Assembly: GCA_937954085.1 (NCBI GenBank) | Contig: CALGAK010000088.1 | Span: 2,448 to 66,447, forward strand | Source of the DNA: an uncultured Bacteroidota bacterium | GTDB lineage: Bacteria > Bacteroidota > Bacteroidia > Bacteroidales > M50B96 | Direction of reading: 5' to 3' | DNA: 64,000 nucleotides | Shown here: in pieces, positions 1-9,785 of the stretch | How positions within the stretch are numbered: position 1 is the first letter of the stretch | How the letters are laid out: each line of letters begins with the position of its first letter | Position numbers and translations under genes: made by a program | The notes under the pieces: model-generated | What the model saw: the letters and a program-made list of their open reading frames with translations, nothing else | Told to the model about the DNA's origin: nothing | Databases searched by the model: none

Positions 1-1080
1 TTAACGGTAACTAAAGAGAGATCTCGTTTGGTAAGGTTTACTGACCCAATCTATCAAACTCGTCAGGTATTAGTGCAACGCACCGAATCTAAAACAGAAA
101 GTGATGTGCCATTAATTCGGAATCAACTCGATTTAGCACGCAAATCGCTGCATTTGCAAGCAGGGACAGTTTTCGCTAATCGACTTCGAAGCTTGTCTGA
201 TGAGATTGGCGATACTATTTATGTTCATGAATTACCAAACTACGACGTTGAATCCATTATTAAGTTGATCTCGGAAGGAGAATTGGATTATACCGTTTGC
301 GATGAATCTGTTGCCCTAGTGAATGCAACCTATTTTGAAAATATAGATGTCGCAACTGAAATTAGTTTTCCTCAGAATATTGCCTGGGCAACCCGTGAAT
401 CGGATACAAAATTAAATGATGAGGTGAATAATTGGCTGTCTAGTTTTAAAAACTCACCTCAGTATTATGCCGTTTACAATAAGTATTTCCGTAATAGTAG
501 GACTGCCAAAATGTTCTCCAGCGATTTTTTTACACTCAAGAGTGGCAAAGTATCTGGATTTGATGTGATTTTTAAATCCCAATCGACCATTCTCGATTGG
601 GATTGGAAGCTCTTAGCCTCATTGGTTTATCAGGAATCTAATTTTAATCCTACAGTGCGCTCCTGGGCTGGTGCTTATGGCTTAATGCAATTAATGCCCG
701 CTACTGCAGAACGATTCGGTATCGACTCATTATCGACTCCTGAGGAGCATATTCAAGCAGGTGTAAAATATTTGGTCTGGTTGCAAAATTTTTGGCAAGA
801 AAGAGTTGGAAATAAAGAAGAACAAATTAAATTTGTGCTCGCTTCCTACAACGCAGGTTTAGGACACGTTCTTGATGCCAGAAGACTGGCAGAAAAATAT
901 GGAAAGAATCCGGATATTTGGACCGATCACGTTGACTATTTTATGCTCAACAAATCCAAGCCGGTTTACTATAAAGACACACTTGTAAAGTACGGGTATT
1001 GTCGTGGAGAAGAGCCTTATCGCTATGTCTCCGAAATTATCGACCGGTACCAACATTACAAGAACATTATTCAAGATTAG
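1..1080 (+). CDS. mltF: MltF-like membrane-bound lytic murein transglycosylase (solute-binding-like N-domain plus SLT domain), 5' partial
   Basis: Frame 1 is open from base 1, and the track start at 28 is only a TTG, so the gene begins left of the window. The C-terminal half carries an SLT signature (LVYQESNFNPTVRSWAGAYGLMQLMP, ASYNAG). The stop at 1078-1080 is followed by a hairpin and T-run. Confidence 0.8.
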   Translation, partial: LTVTKERSRLVRFTDPIYQTRQVLVQRTESKTESDVPLIRNQLDLARKSLHLQAGTVFANRLRSLSDEIGDTIYVHELPNYDVESIIKLISEGELDYTVCDESVALVNATYFENIDVATEISFPQNIAWATRESDTKLNDEVNNWLSSFKNSPQYYAVYNKYFRNSRTAKMFSSDFFTLKSGKVSGFDVIFKSQSTILDWDWKLLASLVYQESNFNPTVRSWAGAYGLMQLMPATAERFGIDSLSTPEEHIQAGVKYLVWLQNFWQERVGNKEEQIKFVLASYNAGLGHVLDARRLAEKYGKNPDIWTDHVDYFMLNKSKPVYYKDTLVKYGYCRGEEPYRYVSEIIDRYQHYKNIIQD

Positions 1081-1108
1081 GGGGATAGTAAGTTCTCGAC
1101 TTACTGAT

Positions 1109-1146
1109 AGGGGTTCCGGACGCTCGTCCGGGCCCCTAATTTTTTT
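1109..1146 (+). terminator. Rho-independent terminator after the mltF-like gene
   Basis: Imperfect GC-rich hairpin AGGGGttCCGGACgctcGTCCGGgCCCCT (1109-1137), followed by aaTTTTTTT. Confidence 0.65.
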
Positions 1147-1377
1147 ATGCCTATCCACGTTTTTGTCACCTTTAAAGGTCTTCTGTTGCGCTAACTATGC
1201 ACGAGGATGATTAAGGCACCCTGTTGAATGGAGGGGATAAATCCCTAAATCAAAGAGATCTGTAATATGAGAGTAAAAATACTGTTAGACACGGCATCCT
1301 CGATAATCGTTAGCGTTGTTGATGTGGGGTGCAAATAGTATAGGAGAAGGGTGATTGAAAATGCTAGAATAGCAGGT

Positions 1378-1408
1378 AAAAAAAAACTGCCGGAAGAACC
1401 GGCAGTTT
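1378..1408 (-). terminator. Rho-independent terminator downstream of tRNA-Val
   Basis: Stem CTGCCGG (1387-1393), loop AAGAA, stem CCGGCAG (1399-1405). A 9-A run at 1378-1386 on the plus strand gives a T-run after the hairpin on the minus strand. Confidence 0.7.
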
Positions 1409-1409
1409 G

Positions 1410-1484
1410 TGGGCGATACTAGGTTCGAACTAGTGACCCCCTGCTTGTAAGGCAGGTGCTCTAAACCAACTGAGCTAATCGCCC
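1410..1484 (-). tRNA. tRNA-Val (anticodon TAC)
   Basis: The reverse complement folds by hand into a cloverleaf: acceptor GGGCGAT/ATCGCCC, D stem GCTC/GAGC, anticodon stem CCTGC/GCAGG with loop CTTACAA, T stem ACTAG/CTAGT with loop TTCGAAC. No CCA is encoded. Confidence 0.9.
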
Positions 1485-1554
1485 TGAAAAGCGGTGCAAA
1501 TATAATACTGATTTCGGTTTGTACAATAGCTAAACCTCTTTTTCATTCGATTAT

Positions 1555-2844
1555 TTATAGAATTTCAGCAACTATAAAGGTTGACCCTCCAATGAAAATT
1601 AAATCTTCTGGACTAGCATGATCCAAAGCGTCAGCGTAAGCTATTTCAACATTCTGAAAAAGTTCTCCATCAATTCCATATGATTTTGCTTCGGCCTGCA
1701 ATAATTCTTTCTTCATAGCACGTGGAATCCTTGCTTCTGTAAAATAATAGGTAGCATCGGTAGGTAGCATAGCAAGGATAGTAGGTAGAGCTTTGTCGTT
1801 GACAAAGCCGAGGATAAGGTGAAGATGTTTATAAGGTGTTTGTGAAATCTGATTGAATACTTCCCTAATTCCTGCTGGATTGTGTGCCGTATCACAAATA
1901 ACTCTTGGATTACGGTGAATCGTTTGCCATCGACCATTTAATCCGGTAATGCTTGCAGTATTAGCTAATCCAGCTTTAATCTTTTCGGTTTCAAAAGGGT
2001 ATGTTGCTTTTAAATAATCAATCGCACAGGCTACTGTTTGAATGTTCTTTTTTTGATACCCGCCTTGAAGGTCGCATTCAAAATGATTAAAATAAGTTTC
2101 ACCATTTTTTAAGATGGTTCCCGAAATCCGCTCTTCCGGCGTTTGCAACAAATAGGGGATTTCAAAAACTTGATCAGCAAAAACTAAGGAAGAATTTGAT
2201 TCTATGGCTTTATTAACAAAAACGGGTGCTGTTTCGGGATGATATTCACCCACAACAACGGGTGTATTTGGTTTAATTATTCCTGCCTTTTCATAGGCAA
2301 TTGCTGGTAGGGTATTCCCCAGGAATTGCGTGTGATCAAAACTGATATTTGAAATGATTGAAAGAATGGGTTGTATGATGTTCGTTGAATCTAATCTACC
2401 TCCCATCCCGACTTCGATTATCGCTATATCCACCTGTGTATCTTTAAAATACTTCAATGCCATAGCAACCGTCAATTCGAAAAAAGAAGGCTTAAGCTTA
2501 GAAAGGATTTCTTCACACGAGTCGACAAATTCTACCACATAGTTTTCATCAATACATTCGCCATTAACTTTTATGCGTTCACGGAATGACTTTAAATGGG
2601 GGGAGGTGTATAATCCGGTTTTATATCCATTCGACTGAAAAATGCTTGCAATCATGTGCGAAATTGACCCTTTCCCATTGGTCCCAGCTACATGAATACT
2701 GGGATAGGATTGATGAGGATGCTTAAAATGATGATCCAAAACCAGGCTGTTTTCGAGATTTGCTTTATAAGCAGCAGCACCATTTTTCTGATAGTAAGGT
2801 AATTGTGCGAATAAAAAGTCGATGGTTTCCTGGTAGGTTTTCAT
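1555..2844 (-). CDS. folC: Bifunctional folylpolyglutamate synthase / dihydrofolate synthase
   Basis: 429 aa with the Mur-ligase P-loop HVAGTNGKGS and FolC-like length and layout. Confidence 0.9.
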   Translation of the reverse strand: MKTYQETIDFLFAQLPYYQKNGAAAYKANLENSLVLDHHFKHPHQSYPSIHVAGTNGKGSISHMIASIFQSNGYKTGLYTSPHLKSFRERIKVNGECIDENYVVEFVDSCEEILSKLKPSFFELTVAMALKYFKDTQVDIAIIEVGMGGRLDSTNIIQPILSIISNISFDHTQFLGNTLPAIAYEKAGIIKPNTPVVVGEYHPETAPVFVNKAIESNSSLVFADQVFEIPYLLQTPEERISGTILKNGETYFNHFECDLQGGYQKKNIQTVACAIDYLKATYPFETEKIKAGLANTASITGLNGRWQTIHRNPRVICDTAHNPAGIREVFNQISQTPYKHLHLILGFVNDKALPTILAMLPTDATYYFTEARIPRAMKKELLQAEAKSYGIDGELFQNVEIAYADALDHASPEDLIFIGGSTFIVAEIL

Positions 2845-2874
2845 GATTTAGCCTTAAGTCGGAGTTAAAATCAT

Positions 2875-2911
2875 ATAATAAAGCCACCTAATGAAGGTAT
2901 TAGGCGGCTTT
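2875..2911 (-). terminator. Probable terminator of the sdh operon
   Basis: Hairpin GCCACCTAAT / ATTAGGCGGC (2881-2910, one mismatch) just downstream of the sdhB stop. It is followed on the minus strand by TTTATT. Confidence 0.45.
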
Positions 2912-2949
2912 GAATCAGAAGATAATTTGTTAACGGAGTGAAGAGAGGT

Positions 2950-3693
2950 CTAATCGTTGATTTTCGCTTTTAAAAATTCACGATTAAAGCGTGCAATGTG
3001 TGCAATTGATATGCCTTTGGGACATTCGACTTCACAGGCTCCGGTGTTAGAACAGTTTCCAAAGCCTAATTCGTCCATTTTTGCAACCATGCTTTTTGCC
3101 CTGCGTTGAGCTTCCAGCTTACCTTGAGGGAGTAAAGCAAGTTGGGATACTTTGGCCGATACGAATAGCATAGCAGAAGCATTCTTACAAGTCGCAACGC
3201 ATGCTCCACAACCGATGCATGTAGCAGCATCCATTGCCTCGTCTGCAGCTTCTTTTGGAATCGGGATTGCATTCGCATCAGGAACACCTCCTGTATTCAC
3301 CGATACAAACCCACCAGATTGTAAAATTTTATCAAAAGCACTGCGATCTACCATTAAGTCCTTTATAACCGGAAAAGCTTTTGCTCTCCATGGTTCGATG
3401 ACAATCGTATCGCCATGCTTGAACTTCCTCATGTGTAATTGACAGGTGGTTGTTTCATAATCGGGACCATGAGCTCTTCCGTTGATAAATAATCCGCAGG
3501 ATCCACAAATACCTTCCCGGCAATCGTGATCGAAAGCGATAGGCTCAATGTTTTCCCGGATTAATTGTTCGTTTAGAACATCTAACATCTCTAAAAAGGA
3601 TGAATCTTTTGATACATCGGAAATGCTATAGGTCTCGAATTTTCCTTTCGACGAAGCATCTTTTTGTCGCCACACTTTTAAGGTCAAATCCAT
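2950..3693 (-). CDS. sdhB: Succinate dehydrogenase / fumarate reductase iron-sulfur subunit
   Basis: 247 aa with Cys clusters for three Fe-S centres ([33 protein letters not shown]). Confidence 0.95.
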   Translation of the reverse strand: MDLTLKVWRQKDASSKGKFETYSISDVSKDSSFLEMLDVLNEQLIRENIEPIAFDHDCREGICGSCGLFINGRAHGPDYETTTCQLHMRKFKHGDTIVIEPWRAKAFPVIKDLMVDRSAFDKILQSGGFVSVNTGGVPDANAIPIPKEAADEAMDAATCIGCGACVATCKNASAMLFVSAKVSQLALLPQGKLEAQRRAKSMVAKMDELGFGNCSNTGACEVECPKGISIAHIARFNREFLKAKIND

Positions 3694-3728
3694 AGTCTTT
3701 GTCTTTAAGTTCTATATAAGGGCTAAGC

Positions 3729-5669
3729 CTATTTATAATTTCGTTGTTTGATTTCAATAAACTCGTAATCGAGACTTTCTTTATTCAGAATAGGAGGCTC
3801 ATTTTCATCTTTAAATTCCCAGGCAGAAACAAATTTAAAGTCCTGGTCGTTTCGAAGCGCTTCTCCTTCAGGGGTTTGGAATTCTTCTCTGAAATGTCCC
3901 CCGCACGATTCCTCACGCTCTAGTGCATCCAATGCCATCAGTTCGCCTAATTCAATGAAATCAGCTACTCGGTTTGCTTTTTCTAATTCCACATTGACAG
4001 AAGCAGGGTCACCCGGTATTCGAACATCAGACCAAAACTCTTGTTTGATTTTTTTAATTTCTTCTAAGGCGAACAAAAGGCCTTCTTTGCTTCTCGACAT
4101 CCCAACATAATCCCACATGATTTTACCGAGGCGTTTATGGAAAGAATCGACCGATTGTTTCCCTTTAATGGAAAGCAGTTTTTCGAGCTTTTCTTTGGCT
4201 TCTTGCGTGGTTTGTATGAATTCCTTTTGATTGATATCCATCCTTGGTGTATGAATCTCATCAGCCAAATAATTTTGAATAGTATACGGTAATACAAAGT
4301 ATCCGTCGGCAAGTCCTTGCATCAATGCGCTGGCTCCAAGTCGATTGGCTCCATGGTCGGAAAAGTTTGCCTCACCTATAGCAAACAGGCCTGGTATCGT
4401 CGTTTGTAATTCGTAGTCAACCCACAACCCTCCCATGGTATAGTGAATGGCAGGATAAATCATCATCGGAGTTTTATATGGATCTTCGTCTGTAATTTTT
4501 TCGTACATCTGGAAAAGATTGCCATAACGTTCTCGAATTTTATCCTCTCCCAGTCGTTCAATGGATGATTTGAAATCAAGGTAAACAGCAAGACCTGTAG
4601 AACCTACTCCATAACCTGCATCACAGCGTTCTTTTGCTGCCCGGGAGGCTACGTCTCGCGGAACAAGATTTCCAAAAGCTGGATAGCGTCGCTCCAGATA
4701 ATAATCTCGGTTTTCTTCGCTGATGTCTCCAGGGTTTAATTCCCCTTTCCTGATTTTCTCAGCATCTTCTTTCAATTTAGGAACCCAGATTCGGCCATCA
4801 TTCCGGAGACTTTCACTCATCAAAGTCAGCTTTGATTGGTACTCACCGTGAACAGGAATACAGGTCGGATGGATTTGAACAAAACAGGGGTTTCCAAAAT
4901 TAGCTCCTCGCTTGTAAGCTCTCCAAGCGGCACTGGCATTGGAGCCCATAGCATTGGTCGATAAAAAGAAAACATTCCCATAACCACCTGTTGCTAAAAC
5001 AACGGCATGACCGAAATGAGTGTCTATTTCACCGGTAATTAAATTTCGTGTAACGATTCCGCGTGCTTTGCCCTCAACCAGAACCAAATCAATCATTTCT
5101 GTTCTAGGGTACATTTTTACCGATCCAGCTGCAATCTGACGATTTAGCGCACCATAGGCTCCTAGCAATAGTTGTTGTCCGGTTTGACCGCGAGCATAAA
5201 AAGTCCTGGATACTTGTGCGCCTCCAAATGATCGATTCGAGAGTAATCCTCCATATTCTCGTGCAAATGGAACTCCCTGTGCAACGCATTGATCGATAAT
5301 GTTGCTGCTTACTTCTGCTAATCGATAAACATTCGCTTCACGGGCACGGTAATCACCTCCTTTGATCGTATCGTAGAATAGGCGGTAAACACTGTCCCCG
5401 TCGTTGGGATAGTTCTTTGCCGCATTGATTCCTCCCTGAGCTGCGATACTGTGCGCTCTCCGTGGGCTATCCTGATAACAAAAGCTCTTGACATTGAATC
5501 CCAGCTCACCTAAGCTGGCCGCAGCAGAAGCACCTGCAAGTCCAGTCCCCACTACTATAATATCCAACTTTCTTTTGTTCGCTGGATTGACTAGCTTCTG
5601 TTCTGCTTTATAGTTGGTCCACTTCTTTGCAAGATCACCTTTTGGAATTTTTGATTCTAACTTACTCAT
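3729..5669 (-). CDS. sdhA: Succinate dehydrogenase / fumarate reductase flavoprotein subunit
   Basis: 646 aa with an FAD-binding N-terminus ([15 protein letters not shown]), the [12 protein letters not shown] flavinylation-site motif and HYTMGG. Confidence 0.95.
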   Translation of the reverse strand: MSKLESKIPKGDLAKKWTNYKAEQKLVNPANKRKLDIIVVGTGLAGASAAASLGELGFNVKSFCYQDSPRRAHSIAAQGGINAAKNYPNDGDSVYRLFYDTIKGGDYRAREANVYRLAEVSSNIIDQCVAQGVPFAREYGGLLSNRSFGGAQVSRTFYARGQTGQQLLLGAYGALNRQIAAGSVKMYPRTEMIDLVLVEGKARGIVTRNLITGEIDTHFGHAVVLATGGYGNVFFLSTNAMGSNASAAWRAYKRGANFGNPCFVQIHPTCIPVHGEYQSKLTLMSESLRNDGRIWVPKLKEDAEKIRKGELNPGDISEENRDYYLERRYPAFGNLVPRDVASRAAKERCDAGYGVGSTGLAVYLDFKSSIERLGEDKIRERYGNLFQMYEKITDEDPYKTPMMIYPAIHYTMGGLWVDYELQTTIPGLFAIGEANFSDHGANRLGASALMQGLADGYFVLPYTIQNYLADEIHTPRMDINQKEFIQTTQEAKEKLEKLLSIKGKQSVDSFHKRLGKIMWDYVGMSRSKEGLLFALEEIKKIKQEFWSDVRIPGDPASVNVELEKANRVADFIELGELMALDALEREESCGGHFREEFQTPEGEALRNDQDFKFVSAWEFKDENEPPILNKESLDYEFIEIKQRNYK

Positions 5670-5695
5670 AAGCTATATTTTTATCGATAATCAGT

Positions 5696-6367
5696 TTAAA
5701 ATACTAGAAAATAAAGGGGGATGATGGAAAACCCAACGCCAATTATGAGGGAATAGATGATGGCAATGGTTTTTAAGCGTTTCATCCAATGGCTATTGTT
5801 GATCCCAATTGTTTGAAAGGCAGACCAAAGTCCATGACTCAAGTGAAGGCTTAAAAAGATGGCACCCAAGATATAAATCAAATCGAACCACCAAATCTCA
5901 AATTTTGCCTGAACAAGAGTGTAAGTGTCATGCATCGTCTCACCATCAACAACCACATCTTTCACAGAACCATCATCCAGGATCTTAATTTTGACATAGA
6001 AGTCAAGCAAGTGAATCACTAAAAAAATAAGTACAGTAAATCCTAAAAAGTACATATTTCGGCTAGACCAAGTTGAGCTATTCCCCGCGTTTCGGGCAGC
6101 ATATTTTTCAGGTCTGGCTTTCTGATTCTGCAAAGTCAAAATGGTCGCATAAATAATATGCACCAAGAATCCTATAGCCAGCGTGGGTTCGATGATTTTA
6201 ATCATTGGATTGGTGGCCATGAAGTGAGCTGCCTGATTGTATGCGTCTGAACCAAACAACAAGAATAGATTGATGGTAAGGTGGACTAACAGAAACAGAA
6301 TTAAGAATAATCCTGTAATGCTCATAAGTAATTTTCGGCCAATAGATGCGTTGAAAATATTGCTCAT
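5696..6367 (-). CDS. sdhC: Succinate dehydrogenase cytochrome b subunit (b558-type single membrane anchor)
   Basis: 223 aa, polytopic and His-containing. It lies immediately upstream of sdhA in the same orientation, as in Bacteroidota-type three-gene SDH/QFR operons. Confidence 0.85.
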   Translation of the reverse strand: MSNIFNASIGRKLLMSITGLFLILFLLVHLTINLFLLFGSDAYNQAAHFMATNPMIKIIEPTLAIGFLVHIIYATILTLQNQKARPEKYAARNAGNSSTWSSRNMYFLGFTVLIFLVIHLLDFYVKIKILDDGSVKDVVVDGETMHDTYTLVQAKFEIWWFDLIYILGAIFLSLHLSHGLWSAFQTIGINNSHWMKRLKTIAIIYSLIIGVGFSIIPLYFLVF

Positions 6368-6405
6368 AGTCTCAATGGTTAGTGAGTGAGTTCTAATTAT
6401 TACTA

Positions 6406-6437
6406 TTGAAAATTATATTCACAAATGTATATTTTTG
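6406..6437 (+). promoter_or_regulatory. Candidate Bacteroidota promoter (-33 TTG, -7 TATTTTTG) for the first aminopeptidase gene
   Basis: TTG at 6406-6408, a 21-nt spacer, then TATTTTTG at 6430-6437 (TAnnTTTG), 53 nt before the ATG at 6491. Confidence 0.35.
6422..6429 (-). promoter_or_regulatory. Candidate Bacteroidota -7 box (TACATTTG) for the sdhCAB operon
   Basis: The minus strand reads TACATTTG, matching TAnnTTTG, 55 nt upstream of the sdhC ATG. No convincing -33 TTG lies at ideal spacing. Confidence 0.3.
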
Positions 6438-6490
6438 AATTATTCGATAAGACCACAAAATTTCTAAAAAGCAATTTAAATTAAATCTAA

Positions 6491-7765
6491 ATGAGATACC
6501 CAGTTTTAGACCCTTCATTCTATGAATCTAATCGAACACGCTTACAACAAATCTTACCCAAAAATTCCCTAAGCATTGTAGCTGCTAATAAACATGTTTT
6601 GCGAGCATCGGAACAGTTTTTTCCGTTTAAACAAAATCCGAATCTCTTTTATTTGACTGGAATAGAGCAGGATGAAGTTATCTTAGTTTTGCGAATAGAT
6701 CGTAATGGAGATGCTGATTGGCACCTCTTCATCAAAAATAGAAATCCTGAGGTGGAACGATGGGACGGAAGGTATCTTTCGATTGAGGACGCATCGAAAG
6801 TGAGTGGGATGAATCAGGTGTTCTATATGAACGATCTGCAGGCCTTCCTCGAATCGTGTAAGCAGGAGGCTCCTGAAGTCTTTATAAATGTCGGACAGAA
6901 TGATACAACTCTTGATGTATCGAGGGAGCTAAAATTAGTTTCCAAGGGTCTAATCAATTCATCCGAAGAACTTAAGGATTTGCTGCCCTATTTGGTGCCG
7001 TTGCGACTAGTTAAATCATCTCAGGAAATAGCCCTTATTAAGGATGCAGGTGAAATTACAAAGCAAGCTTTCTTGGAAGTGCTAAGTCGCTTAAAAAAAT
7101 ATGGTTATGAGTATGAAATTGAGGCTGAAATCACGCATTACTTCCTTAAAAAAAGAACGTATGGGCATGCATTTCGTCCGATTATTGCTTCTGGAAGAAA
7201 TGCCCTCATCTTACATTATAATCAAAACGCAGGATCCTTAAATCAAGGTGAATTACTATTAATGGACTTTGGGGCTGATTACCTTAATTATGCAGCTGAT
7301 TTTAGCCGAACTATTCCGGTCAATGGGAAGTATTCCCATGAGCAGAAATTTCTATACGAGATGGTTTATGAGCTGTATAAGCAAGGTTTAGAGTTGATGG
7401 TTCCCGGTACAACCATCAATGAGATTAACCGTTTGTTCGCTCAGAAAGTGCAAGATGCTTTCTTGGCGTATGGAATCATCAGTAAGCGGGACGTGGATCA
7501 ACAATCGGACGAATCCCCTGCTTTTAAAAAGTATTTTATGCATGGGTTGACCCATTTCCTTGGTCTCGATGTTCATGATGTAGGTACACGTGATACCATC
7601 ATCCAGCCTGGTATGGTTTTAACCTGCGAGCCGGGGTTTTATTCCGAGGAATTAGGCATTGGGATTCGAATCGAAAATGATATCTTAGTTGCCGATAAGC
7701 CAATTGAGCTCGTACCTGATTTTCCGGTTGATCCAACCTTAATCGAGCAAATTATTAATCAATAA
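6491..7765 (+). CDS. pepP: Xaa-Pro aminopeptidase (peptidase M24B)
   Basis: 424 aa with an AMP_N-like N-terminus (FYLTGIEQDE) and M24 metal-ligand motifs (MDFGADY..ADFSRT, HGLTHFLGLDVHD, LTCEPG, IRIEND). Confidence 0.85.
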   Translation: MRYPVLDPSFYESNRTRLQQILPKNSLSIVAANKHVLRASEQFFPFKQNPNLFYLTGIEQDEVILVLRIDRNGDADWHLFIKNRNPEVERWDGRYLSIEDASKVSGMNQVFYMNDLQAFLESCKQEAPEVFINVGQNDTTLDVSRELKLVSKGLINSSEELKDLLPYLVPLRLVKSSQEIALIKDAGEITKQAFLEVLSRLKKYGYEYEIEAEITHYFLKKRTYGHAFRPIIASGRNALILHYNQNAGSLNQGELLLMDFGADYLNYAADFSRTIPVNGKYSHEQKFLYEMVYELYKQGLELMVPGTTINEINRLFAQKVQDAFLAYGIISKRDVDQQSDESPAFKKYFMHGLTHFLGLDVHDVGTRDTIIQPGMVLTCEPGFYSEELGIGIRIENDILVADKPIELVPDFPVDPTLIEQIINQ

Positions 7766-7777
7766 ATTAAATCCGTC

Positions 7778-9166
7778 ATGTTTGATCCTTCCGTTTATGT
7801 AAATCGCCGTCAAAAGCTTGTAAGTAAAGTTAGCTCAGGACTAATCCTGTTTCTTGGGAATATCGATGTTTCTATGAATTACCCAGCTAATACCTACTCA
7901 TACAGACAGGATAGTAACTTTTTATATTTCTTTGGCCTCGATGTTCAAAATTTAATTGGTCTCATTGACGCTGATGCCGGCGAATCTTTTTTGCTAGGCG
8001 ATGATCCCGAACTGGATGATATCATTTGGATGGGGCCCCAAGAAACAATTCAAGATAAGGCGATGAAGGCAGGGGTGAAAAAAACTATGCCACGTGTCAA
8101 GATTTTTGAATTGATTGAAACGGCTATTAACCTCGGCCGAAAGATCCATTTTCTCCCACCTTACAGGACCGAAAATAAGTTGTTTCTGGAAAAGTTGCTG
8201 GGATTAAAACATTCGTTTCAGAAACAATATGCTTCGGTCGAGCTAATCAAAGCTGTTGTTTCGTTGCGTGAAGTAAAGGGGGTCGAAGAGATAGCAGAGC
8301 TAGAGAAGGCAGCAGCCATCGGATATCAAATGCACATGGCTGCCATGAAAGCATGTCGCCCGGGGATCGTTGAACAGGAAATTGCAGGACTGATAGAAGG
8401 GATTGCTCTTTCTTTTGGAAAGGGCGTGTCTTTCCCAGTTATTTTATCCCAAAATGGAGAGACGCTTCACAATCATTATCATGGGAATGTTTTACAAGAT
8501 GGGAAGCTAATGCTATGTGATTCCGGAGCCGAATCCAATATGCACTATGCCTCCGATTATACTCGAACCTATCCCGTAAATGGTAAGTTCTCTCCTTTGC
8601 AAAAGGATATTTATAATATTGTATTGGCGGCGAATAATCACGCAACAGCCTTAAGTAAGCCCGGAGTTACTTATCAGAGCATCCATCTCGAGGCAGCAAA
8701 AGTAATAGCGAGCGGATTAAAGGACTTAGGGATCATGAAAGGGAATGTCGAGGATGCTGTTCACCAAGGAGCTCATGCAATGTTTTTCCCCCATGGTCTA
8801 GGACATATGATGGGCTTGGATGTGCATGATATGGAGGACCTCGGTGAGAATTATGTCGGCTACACCGATAATCTAAAGAGGATAGACCAATTTGGAACTG
8901 CTTATCTGCGCCTTGGCAAGGAATTAAAAGAAGGATTTGTACTTACCAATGAGCCAGGTATCTATTTCATTCCTGCCTTGATAAATCAATGGGCTGCAGA
9001 CAAACGACATGCTGATTTTATCGACTATCAAAAAGCCAAAGAATTAATTGGTTTCGGTGGTATTAGAATCGAAGATGATTTGCTCATTACAGCCAATGGA
9101 TGCCAACTTATTGGGAAACGCTTACCAGCCAGTGTAGAGGATATTGAAGCCGTTATGGCACGGTAG
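7778..9166 (+). CDS. Second M24B Xaa-Pro aminopeptidase/dipeptidase paralogue
   Basis: 462 aa with the same M24B motif set (CDSGAE..SDYTRT, HGLGHMMGLDVHD, LTNEPG, IRIEDD). It starts 12 nt after the pepP stop. Confidence 0.8.
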   Translation: MFDPSVYVNRRQKLVSKVSSGLILFLGNIDVSMNYPANTYSYRQDSNFLYFFGLDVQNLIGLIDADAGESFLLGDDPELDDIIWMGPQETIQDKAMKAGVKKTMPRVKIFELIETAINLGRKIHFLPPYRTENKLFLEKLLGLKHSFQKQYASVELIKAVVSLREVKGVEEIAELEKAAAIGYQMHMAAMKACRPGIVEQEIAGLIEGIALSFGKGVSFPVILSQNGETLHNHYHGNVLQDGKLMLCDSGAESNMHYASDYTRTYPVNGKFSPLQKDIYNIVLAANNHATALSKPGVTYQSIHLEAAKVIASGLKDLGIMKGNVEDAVHQGAHAMFFPHGLGHMMGLDVHDMEDLGENYVGYTDNLKRIDQFGTAYLRLGKELKEGFVLTNEPGIYFIPALINQWAADKRHADFIDYQKAKELIGFGGIRIEDDLLITANGCQLIGKRLPASVEDIEAVMAR

Positions 9167-9785
9167 TGCTCTTTTTACATAGAGAAAGTGTATTTTTTTG
9201 CGCACTTAAACTTAGGTGTATCCGCTAGTTGGTCGCTTTCTATAGATAGCTCTTTTTCCATTTTCGTATGTTGGTGAAACAGGAAGCCAACAAATATCAG
9301 ACACAATATCATCCTATTGTGGATGTCTATTTTGTTGGTTTTAAGAATATTGTATGAGTTGATCAGAATCACTTTAGCAAGGTCAACTCATTCACCATAA
9401 TCGAGGTTTACTCTCACTTGACAATTTCGACTATCCTGCCCAAAGGTGTCCGTCTTTCGAGTTTGGGGCTAGAAGTTTTAATGCCATCAAACCTTCCAAT
9501 TCCCTTTATTTATCGCCTAAATCTCCCTAAAAAATAAATAAGTCCGATTGCTATTTTTAAAAAAATAGTTTATGTTTACTACTTGTTAAAAAAGTCAAAT
9601 GATTAAATAGTTTGAGTAGTTTACTTTAAGCATAACTCGTTGATTAAAAGAAAAATACGTGCATTTCGACAGTCTTGGGCTGGTGTGCTGGATGTTTTGG
9701 GTTATACCCAATTCGGTCCGGTATGTTCATTGAAATCTAGCTAAAACTTGAATAGAACATATATTAATAAACTAAACTTAAAATT

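Noticed and set aside
1148-1377. 230-nt ORF-free gap between the mltF-like terminator and the tRNA-Val terminator, as a possible sRNA locus.
   Set aside because: It contains only a weak 5-6 bp hairpin (about 1232-1247). I recognise no structured RNA family and no promoter motif.
1410-1484. tRNA-Val and tRNA-His (38154..38228) as integration sites of genomic islands.
   Set aside because: No integrase, recombinase, phage or plasmid gene lies next to either tRNA. I saw no direct repeat of a tRNA 3' end by eye. The flanking genes are housekeeping.
9175-9372. 65-aa minus-strand ORF with one hydrophobic stretch in the leader of the first giant gene.
   Set aside because: It is short, has no recognisable family, and starts inside an AT-rich region with no promoter-like motif. 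I do not call it a gene, but a small membrane protein cannot be excluded.
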